64,000 nt of DNA, taken from assembly GCA_028719205.1 (NCBI GenBank), contig JAQUKH010000008.1, positions 1 through 64,000 of the forward strand, written 5' to 3'. Shown in pieces: positions 47,906-58,230 of the stretch. Under the pieces are notes generated by a model. That model searched no databases and had not been told where the DNA came from. It worked only from the letters and a program-made list of their open reading frames with translations. Within the stretch, counting starts at the first letter, position 1. Each line of letters opens with the position of its first letter. The translations under genes were made by a program, and so were the position numbers. This stretch comes from a bacterium (GTDB lineage Bacteria; JACRDZ01; JAQUKH01).

Positions 47906-49219
47906 TTATCTGTTAAAGGTATGTACCACACCTACAATGATCGCGATCTCAGAGAAGAATCTAACTGTTTCTCTCCAGAAATGGGTCTTTTTAGGTATTA
48001 TAACAGTATCGCCTGACTCCAATGGGGGAAGGCCTGAGAACTCACTTTTATCTAAATTTTCAGTCAAATCTAATTTCAACGTATTTGGATAATCCTTACT
48101 ATTCTTTCCTTTAATAACTTTTATTTTATTTATATATGCCTCATCCGTTACACCGCCGGCTAATTGAACTACGTTCCAGATATTCCTATTCCCTTCTAAT
48201 TGATAAGAACCGGGATGATAAACCTCACCAAGCACATAAACTAAATTAGCTTTAGACTCCACCTCCGGACGAAGCAATCCTTCATAAATATAAGTTGGAA
48301 CAATAATAGTATCACCGGCTTTAACGATAGGATTTCCTGATAAATCCCCATTATTTATGTAATTATTTATAGAATAAGTATTTACTACAGGTAAATCACC
48401 TTTATATGAAATTATTGTTATTTTTTTTAAGTCAGCATAAGGAGTAAACCCGCCTGCTTTGGAAACGGCTTCAATTAATTCAATTGAATCTTCCAAAGGA
48501 TATACACCGGGTCCCCTTATTTCCCCGACAATATTTATATTTTTATGCCTTGTTTCTCCGCGTTTTCTTTCTTCTATCAATTTACCTTCTTCACCCAAAC
48601 GCGGGACATAAACAGTATCACCTGCTTTTAAAATCGGAAGCAGGCTGATATCCCCTGTTTGTAAATATTTATCCACATCTACCAGTATAACCTCTGATTT
48701 TTCCGCCCCTCCCCGTAAAATCCTGACACCCCTAAGAGAGGCATCCGCGGCACCTCCGCCGGCCTGTGTAATTACCTCTAAAATATTCGGCATCACCGCA
48801 AAAGAATATTGGCCCGGTTTCAGCACCTGTCCTAAAACAAAAACTCTGTTCCCCTTATAACCCTGAAGGTTCACTTCAACCTTAATAACATCTTTTAAGT
48901 ATTTTGAAAGTTGCTGAACTAATAATTTTTCCAACTGATCCACTGTCAATCCTGAAACTTCGATCTTTTCAATTACAGGCGGGAATATAATATTACCTTC
49001 AGGTGAAACAGTGACTATTTTTTCCAGCTCAGGATAACCCCACACCGAAATTCTAATTACATCTTCCGTCCGCAGATTATATTCCTTGACAACAGCGGTA
49101 GTTTCCGGAGTTTTATCTACCGCGGAAACTTTAATATCTTCCGCCCTTACCATCGGGAATGGAATAATCATACTGATTATCAATAAATAACAAATGAATT
49201 TTTTAAACATTTTACTCAC
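47906..49219 (-). CDS. Polysaccharide export (Wza-like) protein with multiple SLBB domains
   Basis: DVIRISVW..PEL, VSPEGNI.FP, and three GxV..PG.Y...AGG...GDT repeats. Confidence 0.85.
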   Translation of the reverse strand: MSKMFKKFICYLLIISMIIPFPMVRAEDIKVSAVDKTPETTAVVKEYNLRTEDVIRISVWGYPELEKIVTVSPEGNIIFPPVIEKIEVSGLTVDQLEKLLVQQLSKYLKDVIKVEVNLQGYKGNRVFVLGQVLKPGQYSFAVMPNILEVITQAGGGAADASLRGVRILRGGAEKSEVILVDVDKYLQTGDISLLPILKAGDTVYVPRLGEEGKLIEERKRGETRHKNINIVGEIRGPGVYPLEDSIELIEAVSKAGGFTPYADLKKITIISYKGDLPVVNTYSINNYINNGDLSGNPIVKAGDTIIVPTYIYEGLLRPEVESKANLVYVLGEVYHPGSYQLEGNRNIWNVVQLAGGVTDEAYINKIKVIKGKNSKDYPNTLKLDLTENLDKSEFSGLPPLESGDTVIIPKKTHFWRETVRFFSEIAIIVGVVHTFNR

Positions 49220-49231
49220 TTTCGTATTTTT

Positions 49232-50011
49232 CTAAAACACATGTGCTACACTTATAGCACTCTTGCTATTAACAAAACCGCCTGTATCTGAAACACTTCC
49301 CACAACCGAAAGGCTTATTTTCCAATCTGTTCCCGGACGGAACTCAATTCCAGGGCCCATATAAACTAAATTATAATCCGGAGTTTTTTCTCCATTGGTT
49401 TCCATAAAAAAAGATATTTTTTTACCGGATTGATATTCAAACGCGAAATCATATTGGAAAATATTTTTATATTTATAATCCCCTGCTACCGGAAACCATT
49501 CACCTAAATGAAAATAGAAAAAATAGTCCCCTTTCAATTGTCCGATTTCATATTTTCCCAAAAGAGAGCAAAGTAGATCCGTCTCTTTTCCTCCCAAACC
49601 CTTTTTTGATTCCCCTGTCTTTACTTTGCCCCCCAACTGCAAGGCTATATCCAGGTTCCGGTCAGCAAGCAAATCACCCTGATTTGAAAAAATCCTGTAC
49701 TTCAAAAATAATTGGCTATCACCTGATCCGCTTTGTTTATTTGTCCCGCCGGAAGTATACGGAAAAGACAGATCCAATTCCGTATCTTTATTAATACCAT
49801 AATACATATCAGCGGCGATATCCGAACGCCATGTAACATCTCCCAACCCAAAATTATTCTCCCTGGCATAAATTTCCTTTAAACTAAGCTGTAGCTTGTC
49901 AGCAGGAAGAAAACGGAAAGATGGTGTATAAAATGGGTTGGCATAAACCACTTTATCTACTTTTACTAAAAATAATACCGCTAAACTTATTAAAAAAAAA
50001 ATCTTTTTCAT
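49232..50011 (-). CDS. Outer-membrane beta-barrel (MetA-pathway/transporter-like)
   Basis: Signal peptide; YYGI...ELDLSFPY and SGDSQLFLKYR segments; terminal Phe. Confidence 0.6.
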   Translation of the reverse strand: MKKIFFLISLAVLFLVKVDKVVYANPFYTPSFRFLPADKLQLSLKEIYARENNFGLGDVTWRSDIAADMYYGINKDTELDLSFPYTSGGTNKQSGSGDSQLFLKYRIFSNQGDLLADRNLDIALQLGGKVKTGESKKGLGGKETDLLCSLLGKYEIGQLKGDYFFYFHLGEWFPVAGDYKYKNIFQYDFAFEYQSGKKISFFMETNGEKTPDYNLVYMGPGIEFRPGTDWKISLSVVGSVSDTGGFVNSKSAISVAHVF

Positions 50012-50033
50012 CAGGTTTATTACTATTTTTATT

Positions 50034-50717
50034 TTACTGCGCTCTAATAACTGCCTCGGTGCCTTTATCGCTTTCATTATCAGAATCATCTACCGCTGAT
50101 ATCCTGAAGATATAATAAGTGGTAGTATCCAGTCCTTCAATGACACAAGTAGTTTCAGGGGGCTGGCCAATTTTTTCTCTTACTACATCATAACTGGCTC
50201 CGCCATTAGTTGACCTGTAAACATTATATTTAGCTAAATCCGGTTCAATATTTGCCGACCAGCTTAAATTAATCTTTCCGGCAACTACCACCAAAGCAGT
50301 AATGCCGGCAGGTATTGCAGGTGCAACATTGTCACCCTTAGCTTTACAAATAACTTCATCGCTATATTCACTCTCATTATTGGAATTATCCAAAGCTGTA
50401 ATTTTAAAAAAATAATTATTGCCCGGAATAAGTTTCGTAACGGTATAATTATTTGCCGATTGGCTTGCTATAAAATCTAATTTTCCCCCGCCCTGGCCGC
50501 CCCCATAAATGTTATAACCTAAAATATCATTTTCAGTATTAGCCGTCCAGCTTAAATTAATTTCGCCTTTTGTAGAACCGGTCAATGCTGTAAGCCCGGT
50601 TGGTTTTAAAGGCGCTTCAATATTTGACTGCGCAATCCCGCTTTCATCTTTTTTAGCGCAGCCGAAAAAAACCAAAAAAATAAATAAAATTACAGTAAAA
50701 TTTTTAATTAATTTCAT
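50034..50717 (-). CDS. Fibronectin type III lipoprotein
   Basis: FFGC lipobox; two LSW.AN.E.D...YN.Y...A.D...NES units. Confidence 0.85.
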   Translation of the reverse strand: MKLIKNFTVILFIFLVFFGCAKKDESGIAQSNIEAPLKPTGLTALTGSTKGEINLSWTANTENDILGYNIYGGGQGGGKLDFIASQSANNYTVTKLIPGNNYFFKITALDNSNNESEYSDEVICKAKGDNVAPAIPAGITALVVVAGKINLSWSANIEPDLAKYNVYRSTNGGASYDVVREKIGQPPETTCVIEGLDTTTYYIFRISAVDDSDNESDKGTEAVIRAQ

Positions 50718-50850
50718 TTTAACCTGCCAGCATGAACATTTTTTGTTTTACTTAAAAGCACATTATACTATTTAATTTTGTTTAAATCAATAAAATTTAA
50801 ATCTCAAAATTTATTGCATCCATATTATTTTATGATATAATTCTTCTATT

Positions 50851-53676
50851 ATGAAAAGATTATTTTATCTTTTGTTATTGATTATCATTTTGCCACTGAT
50901 AACTGTTTCAGCGAATGAAAATGTTGAAAGTGAAATACTTAAAGAATGGCGTATTTTAAATTCAAAACCACAACTTTCCCCCGGTAAAAAGATATCCGGA
51001 ACTTCAAAAAACAGTGTTGAAATGAGTATGTTCCTGAACAAGGTAAATAAAAACTGGAACAAACTTTCATCTTCAACGCAAAATTTAATAAAACCAATTC
51101 TTTTAAGGCCAACAGATCTCTTATATTTAATCCCCGGCCAACAAGGTACAAACATTAATGTGGTTTATGATCCTAATTTTGGTTACGAATATTATGATAC
51201 TACCAATTTCAGGATTTATTATGCCAAAGGCGGAAAAGACGCCCCGCCAAGCCTTGATTTTGTCAAAATAATAGCCGGCGCGTTCGAATCAAGTTACGCC
51301 ATTGGGGTAACAAATAAAGGTTTTACCCCTCCGCCTGATGATTTTAACTTTACAACACAAAGATCTGCCGATAATAACGGAGGCGATTCAAGATATGATG
51401 TTTATCTTAAAGATATTGGAACTAACTTTATAGGGACTTTCGGCTGGACACAGCCTGAAGGAATCCCGAACAATCAAAGTAAGGATTATGTCAGATATAG
51501 TTTTATAGTAATGGATAATGATTATGCGACTGCCGCTACCCCATATAATGCAGACCCTCAATATGATACAACCCAAAGCCCTGAAAATTTCGCGAGGATC
51601 ACGGCTTCACATGAATTTTTTCACGCGATTCAATATAGTTATAATCAAAATGTAGACGACTGGTTCTTAGAAGCATCAGCAATATGGTTTGAAGATCAAG
51701 TATTTCCATATATTAATGATTATATCCGTTATTTAAAAGGAGATTTCAGATGGTTCTCCCTGCCTGAAATACCTTTAGACTTCGATACTACATCAAACAC
51801 TCATAAATATGGCAGCGGGATCTGGCCTATTTTTCTGGAAAAGAAATTTTCCGGAATTTTAAAAAATTTCTTTGAGGATGCCGGTGCCACCAGTGCTCCA
51901 AACGTTTTTAACATTTTAGATACCAGGCTGCGGGCTGTTCCCAATAACAGCAGTTTGTCTTCCGCTTTCTCAAAATTTACAGTTTGGAATTATTTCACAG
52001 GGAAAAATGATGATGGCGCGCATTATCCCGACGGCGCGCTTTATGACACTTTATACATTTATAATACGACATCTGATTATATGCCAGATCCCAGAGTAAC
52101 TCCAATCGGTATCAATGAAAAATTACCCGGATATCTGGGATCAAATTATCTGATTTTCACAAAGAGCGGATCCAACCTGAGAATAGTGCTTAACGGGAGT
52201 GAATTTACTCCGGTTAATTTATCATGGAACGCGTCTGTAATAATAAAATCCGGGGCAACTTATACCGAAACTACAATCGTACTTGACGCGCAAAATGCCG
52301 GAGGAATAAACATTACTTCACCATATGACACCGTAATTCTTATCCCCAGTATTTACGAAACCGCGCACGCTAAATCTGATTTAACCAGGCTGCCATATGA
52401 ATATGGATTTTCCAGTGATACTGTCGCGCCTTCAATCATATCCGCTCTTGCCGCGTCTGATGTTCCGCTTGATCAAGGCTACACTATCGCGCTTAAATGG
52501 TCCGCATCTCCAGATGACACTACAGGAGGCAGTATAGATAGTTATGATATTCTTCGAAGCACATCATCCGGAACAGGATTTTCATTAGCAGCCTCTGTTA
52601 TTCCAAATGGTTCCGCTCTCTATAGTACAACAAACACCGTTCCGGCAAATAAAACTAATTATTATTATAAAATACGTGCCAGAGATAAATGGTATAATTA
52701 TAACACTGCCGGAGAGATCGAGTCTTTACCGGTTATGGCAATAGATGATAAACCGCCAGGCCCTCCCACAAATGCAAAAGCTTCTGATACGCCTCTTGAT
52801 GAAGGCGGGAGCATCAATGTAACGTGGAATAAATCAGCTGATGATGGAAATGGAGCTTTTGATGTCGCGAAATATACTATTTTCCGGGCCGCGAATCTTG
52901 CAGGGCCGTTCCAAACCGCGGGAGTCGCGAGTCAGGGAAAAACAATTTTTTACGATACTCCCGTAATTAATAATACCGATTACTGGTACTATGTCGTGGC
53001 TGAAGATGGAAATCCTAACTATTCTACTTCTAACGTAACCGACTCTGCCCAGGCAAGAGATGATTTCACGCCGCCGCCTACTGATTTCAAAGCGGTTGGT
53101 ATAGATGATAGAATATCACTTAGTTGGAAAAATCCGACAGTACCGGATTTTGTAAAGGTCTTTATCAGAAGGAAAAACGAATCTCACCCCGTCAATAAAA
53201 CCGACGGCACAGGTGTCTATGAAGGAATTGATTCCACTTTGGCAGATAACAATAGTATAACCGTCGGCCAGACTTATTACTATTCAGCGATCTCTTATGA
53301 TACCGCGGGAAATGAATCCTCTCTGGATGACGGAAGCCGGGCACAGGCCGCTATCACACTTAAAGCGTTTAATTATCCCAATCCCACATTTTCAGGCCAA
53401 ACCACTATCAGGTACCAGTTAGAAAACACATCCGGGATCGAAGCCACCCTTTACATCTTTGATATCGCGGGGGAACTTGTTTTAAAAATAGATAATATCT
53501 TATATAACTCCAATAATACACAACCTATTGCCGGAACGCCTGTCTATGATTACAGCTGGGACGGTAATAACGGCAAAGGGCGTCAAGTCGCAAGCGGCGT
53601 ATATATCTTTATTATTGAGGCTAAAGACAGTATTTCTAAAAAAGACAGAACAGGAAAGATCGCGGTGATAAAATGA
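50851..53676 (+). CDS. Secreted zinc metalloprotease (MXAN_6640-like) with FN3 repeats and a T9SS-like C-terminal domain
   Basis: ASHEFFHAIQ..Y, WFLEASAIWFED; FN3 repeats; C-terminal NYPNP..IFDIAGELV..WDG.N..GRQVASGVY. Confidence 0.8.
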   Translation: MKRLFYLLLLIIILPLITVSANENVESEILKEWRILNSKPQLSPGKKISGTSKNSVEMSMFLNKVNKNWNKLSSSTQNLIKPILLRPTDLLYLIPGQQGTNINVVYDPNFGYEYYDTTNFRIYYAKGGKDAPPSLDFVKIIAGAFESSYAIGVTNKGFTPPPDDFNFTTQRSADNNGGDSRYDVYLKDIGTNFIGTFGWTQPEGIPNNQSKDYVRYSFIVMDNDYATAATPYNADPQYDTTQSPENFARITASHEFFHAIQYSYNQNVDDWFLEASAIWFEDQVFPYINDYIRYLKGDFRWFSLPEIPLDFDTTSNTHKYGSGIWPIFLEKKFSGILKNFFEDAGATSAPNVFNILDTRLRAVPNNSSLSSAFSKFTVWNYFTGKNDDGAHYPDGALYDTLYIYNTTSDYMPDPRVTPIGINEKLPGYLGSNYLIFTKSGSNLRIVLNGSEFTPVNLSWNASVIIKSGATYTETTIVLDAQNAGGINITSPYDTVILIPSIYETAHAKSDLTRLPYEYGFSSDTVAPSIISALAASDVPLDQGYTIALKWSASPDDTTGGSIDSYDILRSTSSGTGFSLAASVIPNGSALYSTTNTVPANKTNYYYKIRARDKWYNYNTAGEIESLPVMAIDDKPPGPPTNAKASDTPLDEGGSINVTWNKSADDGNGAFDVAKYTIFRAANLAGPFQTAGVASQGKTIFYDTPVINNTDYWYYVVAEDGNPNYSTSNVTDSAQARDDFTPPPTDFKAVGIDDRISLSWKNPTVPDFVKVFIRRKNESHPVNKTDGTGVYEGIDSTLADNNSITVGQTYYYSAISYDTAGNESSLDDGSRAQAAITLKAFNYPNPTFSGQTTIRYQLENTSGIEATLYIFDIAGELVLKIDNILYNSNNTQPIAGTPVYDYSWDGNNGKGRQVASGVYIFIIEAKDSISKKDRTGKIAVIK

Positions 53677-54626
53677 AGTTGCAAGTTACAAGTCACAAGT
53701 CACAAGTTAAAACTTTATTAACTATTATCTTAATTTATTTTTTTATAACAGTTTACCAGGTTTTTGCCGGATCGCAAGATGCGGGAGATGCCGCCGCTTT
53801 TTTAAAAAGCGGGCAAAGTGTCCGGGCGCTTGGCATGGGAAAGGCTTTTACAGCTATCGCGGACGACGCAAGCGCGTCATACTGGAATCCCGCGGGGCTT
53901 GCGCAGCTTAACAAAAATGAATTTATGTTCATGTACAGTAAACCTTTCAGCCTGGTCTCAGGGATCCAAAATGAAAATATTGCTTTCGCGTTGCCATTTA
54001 GTTTTGATTACAATTATGAAAATTTAAAAGCCGCTGTCGGATTTAACATAATTTATTCCGCGGTAGACGGGATCAAAGGTTACACTGAACAGGCCCTGCC
54101 GACAGGCGAAGAATTTTCCAACCGGGATATGGCATACCTTCTATCCTGCGGTGTTAACGGATTAATACAGAATACTGACCTGGGAATAACTTTCAAAATA
54201 ATATCTCAAAAAATATATACTTATTCCGATTATGGTTTCGGAGCTGATATTGGTTCTCTCTATCACTGGCAAAATTTCAGGTTTGGATTGGTGCTTCAGG
54301 ACGTGCTCCAGGCAAAAATAAAGCTTAAAGACACATCGGATATCATCCCTGTTAAACTTAAAACAGGTATAGCTTATTCGATCCCGGATATATTCACTGT
54401 TTCTATGGGATTAGACCTGATCAGGAACCGGGATCTGAAGGAACATTTTGGGATAGAATATACAATAGCTAAATTAGTTTCCCTGAGAGGTGGATATACA
54501 ACCGACACAAACGAAATAACCGCCGGACTTGGATTTAAGAAAGAGGCTTATGAGATCAATTATGCCTTTGCCCGCCATGAAGAACTGGAAAACAGCCACC
54601 GGGTCTCACTCAGCATAAGATTTTGA
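53673..54626 (+). CDS. PorV/PorQ (UPF0164)-family outer-membrane protein
   Basis: AAFLK.G..RALGMG.AFTAIADDASA.YWNPAGL; C-terminal HRVSLSIRF. Confidence 0.85.
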   Translation: MKLQVTSHKSQVKTLLTIILIYFFITVYQVFAGSQDAGDAAAFLKSGQSVRALGMGKAFTAIADDASASYWNPAGLAQLNKNEFMFMYSKPFSLVSGIQNENIAFALPFSFDYNYENLKAAVGFNIIYSAVDGIKGYTEQALPTGEEFSNRDMAYLLSCGVNGLIQNTDLGITFKIISQKIYTYSDYGFGADIGSLYHWQNFRFGLVLQDVLQAKIKLKDTSDIIPVKLKTGIAYSIPDIFTVSMGLDLIRNRDLKEHFGIEYTIAKLVSLRGGYTTDTNEITAGLGFKKEAYEINYAFARHEELENSHRVSLSIRF

Positions 54627-54627
54627 T

Positions 54628-55974
54628 ATGAAATTAAATATTGGATTGATAAATCTGGGATGTCCGAAAAATCTGGTTGACGCTGAAACCCTATTGGGTT
54701 TTATCTCTTTAGAAAAATTTACAATAACCGACATATCCAATGCTCAAATAGCAATAGTAAATACCTGCTGTTTTATAAAAGAAGCTACAAAAGAATCATT
54801 GGAAACTATTCTAAAACTATATCAATTAAAAAAAACAGGCCGCATAAAACTGATTTTGGTAACAGGCTGCCTTCCGCAGCGATATAAAAAAGACGCTTTT
54901 TCTGAATTAAAAGAAGCAGACGCTTTTATTGGGCCGGGGAAATATTCTGAAATAAACGATATTATTGAGAGTTGTTTAGATTCAAAAAGAGAGATCAGGA
55001 TAACCAGCCATCCGGATTACAATATTTCATACCGCCCTGTTTCCCTGACACCAAAGCATTATACATATTTAAAAATTTCAGACGGATGCTCAAATAAATG
55101 CCATTACTGTTCCATTCCTTCAATACGCGGCCCGTATCGAAGCAAGCCATGGAAGGATTTAAAAAATGAATTAAATTTTTTATCTAAAAATAAAAATTTA
55201 AAAGAACTGAATATTATAGGGCAGGATATCACCGCGTATGGAAATGACCTGAAAACCGGCATGGATCTTCCGTATTTGTTAAAAAATATTATTAAGGAAA
55301 CGTCTGTTCCCTGGATCCGGCTGCTTTACACTCACCCCAAACATTTTAAAGAAGAACTTCTGGACCTGATAAATTCTGAAAGACGCGTCTTAAGATATAT
55401 TGACCTGCCGCTTCAGCATATCAATGACAGGATACTTACAAAAATGAACCGCGGAGTTACGAGAAATGAAATTTCAAACCTGCTTGATAAAATAAGGGAT
55501 AAAACACCTCAAGTTGCCGTAAGAACAACCTTTATCGTAGGATTTCCTACAGAAACCGACAAAGAATTTGAAGAACTTTTGGATTTTGTTAAGCTGCAGA
55601 AATTCGACCGCCTGGGCGCGTTTAAATATTCCCCTGAAGAAGGAACAAAGGCCTTTTCTTTCAAACCCCGCGTTTCCGAGTCCATTCAGGAAGAAAGATA
55701 CCATGAACTTATGAGTGCCCAAAAAACAATTTCATTGGAAAAAAATAAAAAACTGATCGGGCAAAAAATAAATGTCTTGATAGACGGAGCCTCAACTAAA
55801 AAAAATTATTCTTTTTACGGGCGTTCTGGATCCGACGCCCCGGAGATAGATAATACGGTCTGGATCAAAAAAAATAAAATGAAAAATGAAAATAAGATAA
55901 AAATAGGAAATTTCTACACAATAAAAATTACACAGGCAAAACATTACGATCTTGTAGGAGAAATAGTCAGCTGA
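54628..55974 (+). CDS. rimO: Ribosomal protein S12 methylthiotransferase
   Basis: LGCPKNLVD, NTC, GCL.QRY, YLKISDGC..C.YC.IP and APEID motifs. Confidence 0.95.
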   Translation: MKLNIGLINLGCPKNLVDAETLLGFISLEKFTITDISNAQIAIVNTCCFIKEATKESLETILKLYQLKKTGRIKLILVTGCLPQRYKKDAFSELKEADAFIGPGKYSEINDIIESCLDSKREIRITSHPDYNISYRPVSLTPKHYTYLKISDGCSNKCHYCSIPSIRGPYRSKPWKDLKNELNFLSKNKNLKELNIIGQDITAYGNDLKTGMDLPYLLKNIIKETSVPWIRLLYTHPKHFKEELLDLINSERRVLRYIDLPLQHINDRILTKMNRGVTRNEISNLLDKIRDKTPQVAVRTTFIVGFPTETDKEFEELLDFVKLQKFDRLGAFKYSPEEGTKAFSFKPRVSESIQEERYHELMSAQKTISLEKNKKLIGQKINVLIDGASTKKNYSFYGRSGSDAPEIDNTVWIKKNKMKNENKIKIGNFYTIKITQAKHYDLVGEIVS

Positions 55975-57152
55975 TGAAAGAACTTAACCACACAGGCCGC
56001 GGGAGAAATAAATATTTCCTTATAATCAATTTTCTTATCGCGGTCATAATAATCCTTTTTATTTATCATCTCTATCTTGGAGACCGGATAAATATTAACA
56101 CGCCATACATTGGAGATTCTACCTATTCTTCCGGCCAGATAGATATTCTCCTTAAAGACGGGATTATAACTAATAATTATCAGACAGTATTCGAGACATT
56201 CGCGAAATCTTTAAGCCCCGTTATAGAAATAAAGAACAAAGGCGATTCCAATAAAAATATAATCCTGGTCGTTAAAAATATAGATGTGGAAAATTCCGGA
56301 ACTGAAATTACAGGTAAAGCGGAAATAAAAAAACTGAAAAACAGCCTTCTTTTCAAACTTGAATTGGACAAGAACTCCGTATCTAAAATAAAAGTCTTTC
56401 CCAAAAATGAAAATGATAAATTTGTTTTCGCGGTAATAGGCGACACTCGCGGCAGTGAAAGCCCTTTCACGAACAAGCGTGGAAGTTATTTCATTTACAG
56501 GCAATTTGAAAAAGAGATCAATGAAATTAAGCCTGCCTTTTGGATCAATCTCGGGGATATGGTCAATTCAGGACAACCATATCAATACCGCCGCTTTAAG
56601 GAACAAATAAAAAATATCCCTTTTCCGTTCTTTCCTGTTATAGGGAATCATGAATTTGTAAATCCCATCGGCGAGAAATATTTTAAAGCCTTGTTCGGAA
56701 ATACCAACTACAGTTTTAATTACGGCAATTACCATTTTATTATCATTGATAATTCCAAAGGTGATTTTTCAAAAGAAAATTTTGACTGGCTGGAAAAAGA
56801 TATAAATGAAAATTTAAAGAAATATATAATTGTATTCGCGCATATGCCGGTCTTTGACCCTCGTCCGGGCAAAGATTACGCGATGAAAAACAAAGATAAC
56901 GCTTGGCACCTCGAGGAAATATTCATAAAGAATAAAATAAAATACGTATTCGCGGGCCACCTTCACGGATTTGCCTATGCTAAAAGAAAAGGCGTGGAAT
57001 ATTATATTTCAGCCGGCGGCGGGGCAAAACTGGAAACTAAAAATGATTTTTATAATTACCTTCTGGTAAAAGCTGACGGAAAAAAACTGGAAGTGGAAAT
57101 CCGCAAACTGAACCCGCCTTTTATTTTAAGCGGGTTTAAGCGGTATTATTAA
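55974..57152 (+). CDS. Membrane-anchored metallophosphoesterase
   Basis: GDT, GDMV, GNHE, H.P and AGHLH motifs. Confidence 0.85.
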   Translation: MKELNHTGRGRNKYFLIINFLIAVIIILFIYHLYLGDRININTPYIGDSTYSSGQIDILLKDGIITNNYQTVFETFAKSLSPVIEIKNKGDSNKNIILVVKNIDVENSGTEITGKAEIKKLKNSLLFKLELDKNSVSKIKVFPKNENDKFVFAVIGDTRGSESPFTNKRGSYFIYRQFEKEINEIKPAFWINLGDMVNSGQPYQYRRFKEQIKNIPFPFFPVIGNHEFVNPIGEKYFKALFGNTNYSFNYGNYHFIIIDNSKGDFSKENFDWLEKDINENLKKYIIVFAHMPVFDPRPGKDYAMKNKDNAWHLEEIFIKNKIKYVFAGHLHGFAYAKRKGVEYYISAGGGAKLETKNDFYNYLLVKADGKKLEVEIRKLNPPFILSGFKRYY

Positions 57153-57171
57153 TTATCCCCTTAACTCAAGT

Positions 57172-58230
57172 TTATGTTTCACGGCTTGTCAACCCTATCA
57201 AAATACATAAAGCAAATCCGGAAAGAACCGCGATCTGGCCGTTAAAAGTGGCTCCGCCCGCGGAACTGTTCAGATTAAAATTCTGCAGCATCGCGCCCCC
57301 TGCCAAAAGGCCCAAAACGGTTACTCCCGCGTCGCTATCGCCGCTTCCGGCAAGTATCAACTGCCTGAAAGGGCATCCGCCCGCGAGCGATCCGCTGAAA
57401 CCGACTAATCCCATTCCCAGAAAATCCCAGATATAACTCGGTGAAGAACCCTGATACGCGATGGTACCCGGCTGAAAATCTTTAATAAATAAATAGCTCA
57501 AAAAAGCGCTGATCAAAAAGGCAAAACTCCCGTAAAGCAGGGTCATTTCTTTTCCTAAAATGAAATTACTAATGCTCCCCAAAACGCAATATCGCGAATA
57601 ATAACAAACACCTCCGATAATTAATCCGATAAACAGGGATAAATACACAGGCGAAAAGCTGGTACCCGGGCCGCTTACACTTTGAAGAATAAAAGAAGGC
57701 TTTATAAAAATAAATAACAGTAAAATAAAAGCCAATAAGGGAATAAAGATCCCTTCCACCCTTTTCGACTGGCTGGCCTCTCCCAGAGAAAAACCTGACT
57801 TTATATACTTTCCGCCGGCCCATACCCCGGCTATCAACCCTGATAACCCGATAAGGCTCATGACCTCCCCGCCGGAAATTCTATAAAATAATTTTATCGG
57901 GCACCCGAGATAAACCCCCGCCCCGATCATCATCAGTATCCCTAAAACAAACCTGGTAAAAGGAGCACGCCCGCCGCGGACATTAAATTCACGCCGCAAA
58001 ATACTTATAAAGAATGCGCCTAAAATAAACCCGATGATTTCCGGCCTGATATACTGCATACGGTTGTTAGCGTGCAAGCCTAAACTTCCCGCGATATTTT
58101 CCATAAAACAGGAAACACAAACCCCCGTGCGAAAAGGATTCCCATATTTTTCAAGAACTACCCCTCCAACACCCAATAAAATCCCTGACAAAATAACCGA
58201 TAATAACGTCCAATTATATTCTTTTTTCAT
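57172..58230 (-). CDS. YedE-family (YeeE/YedE) putative selenium/sulfur transport membrane protein
   Basis: GNP..G.C.SCF..NIAGSLGLH..MQYIRPEI, LGCP, RYC and GGCPFRQLILAG.G motifs. Confidence 0.85.
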   Translation of the reverse strand: MKKEYNWTLLSVILSGILLGVGGVVLEKYGNPFRTGVCVSCFMENIAGSLGLHANNRMQYIRPEIIGFILGAFFISILRREFNVRGGRAPFTRFVLGILMMIGAGVYLGCPIKLFYRISGGEVMSLIGLSGLIAGVWAGGKYIKSGFSLGEASQSKRVEGIFIPLLAFILLLFIFIKPSFILQSVSGPGTSFSPVYLSLFIGLIIGGVCYYSRYCVLGSISNFILGKEMTLLYGSFAFLISAFLSYLFIKDFQPGTIAYQGSSPSYIWDFLGMGLVGFSGSLAGGCPFRQLILAGSGDSDAGVTVLGLLAGGAMLQNFNLNSSAGGATFNGQIAVLSGFALCILIGLTSRET

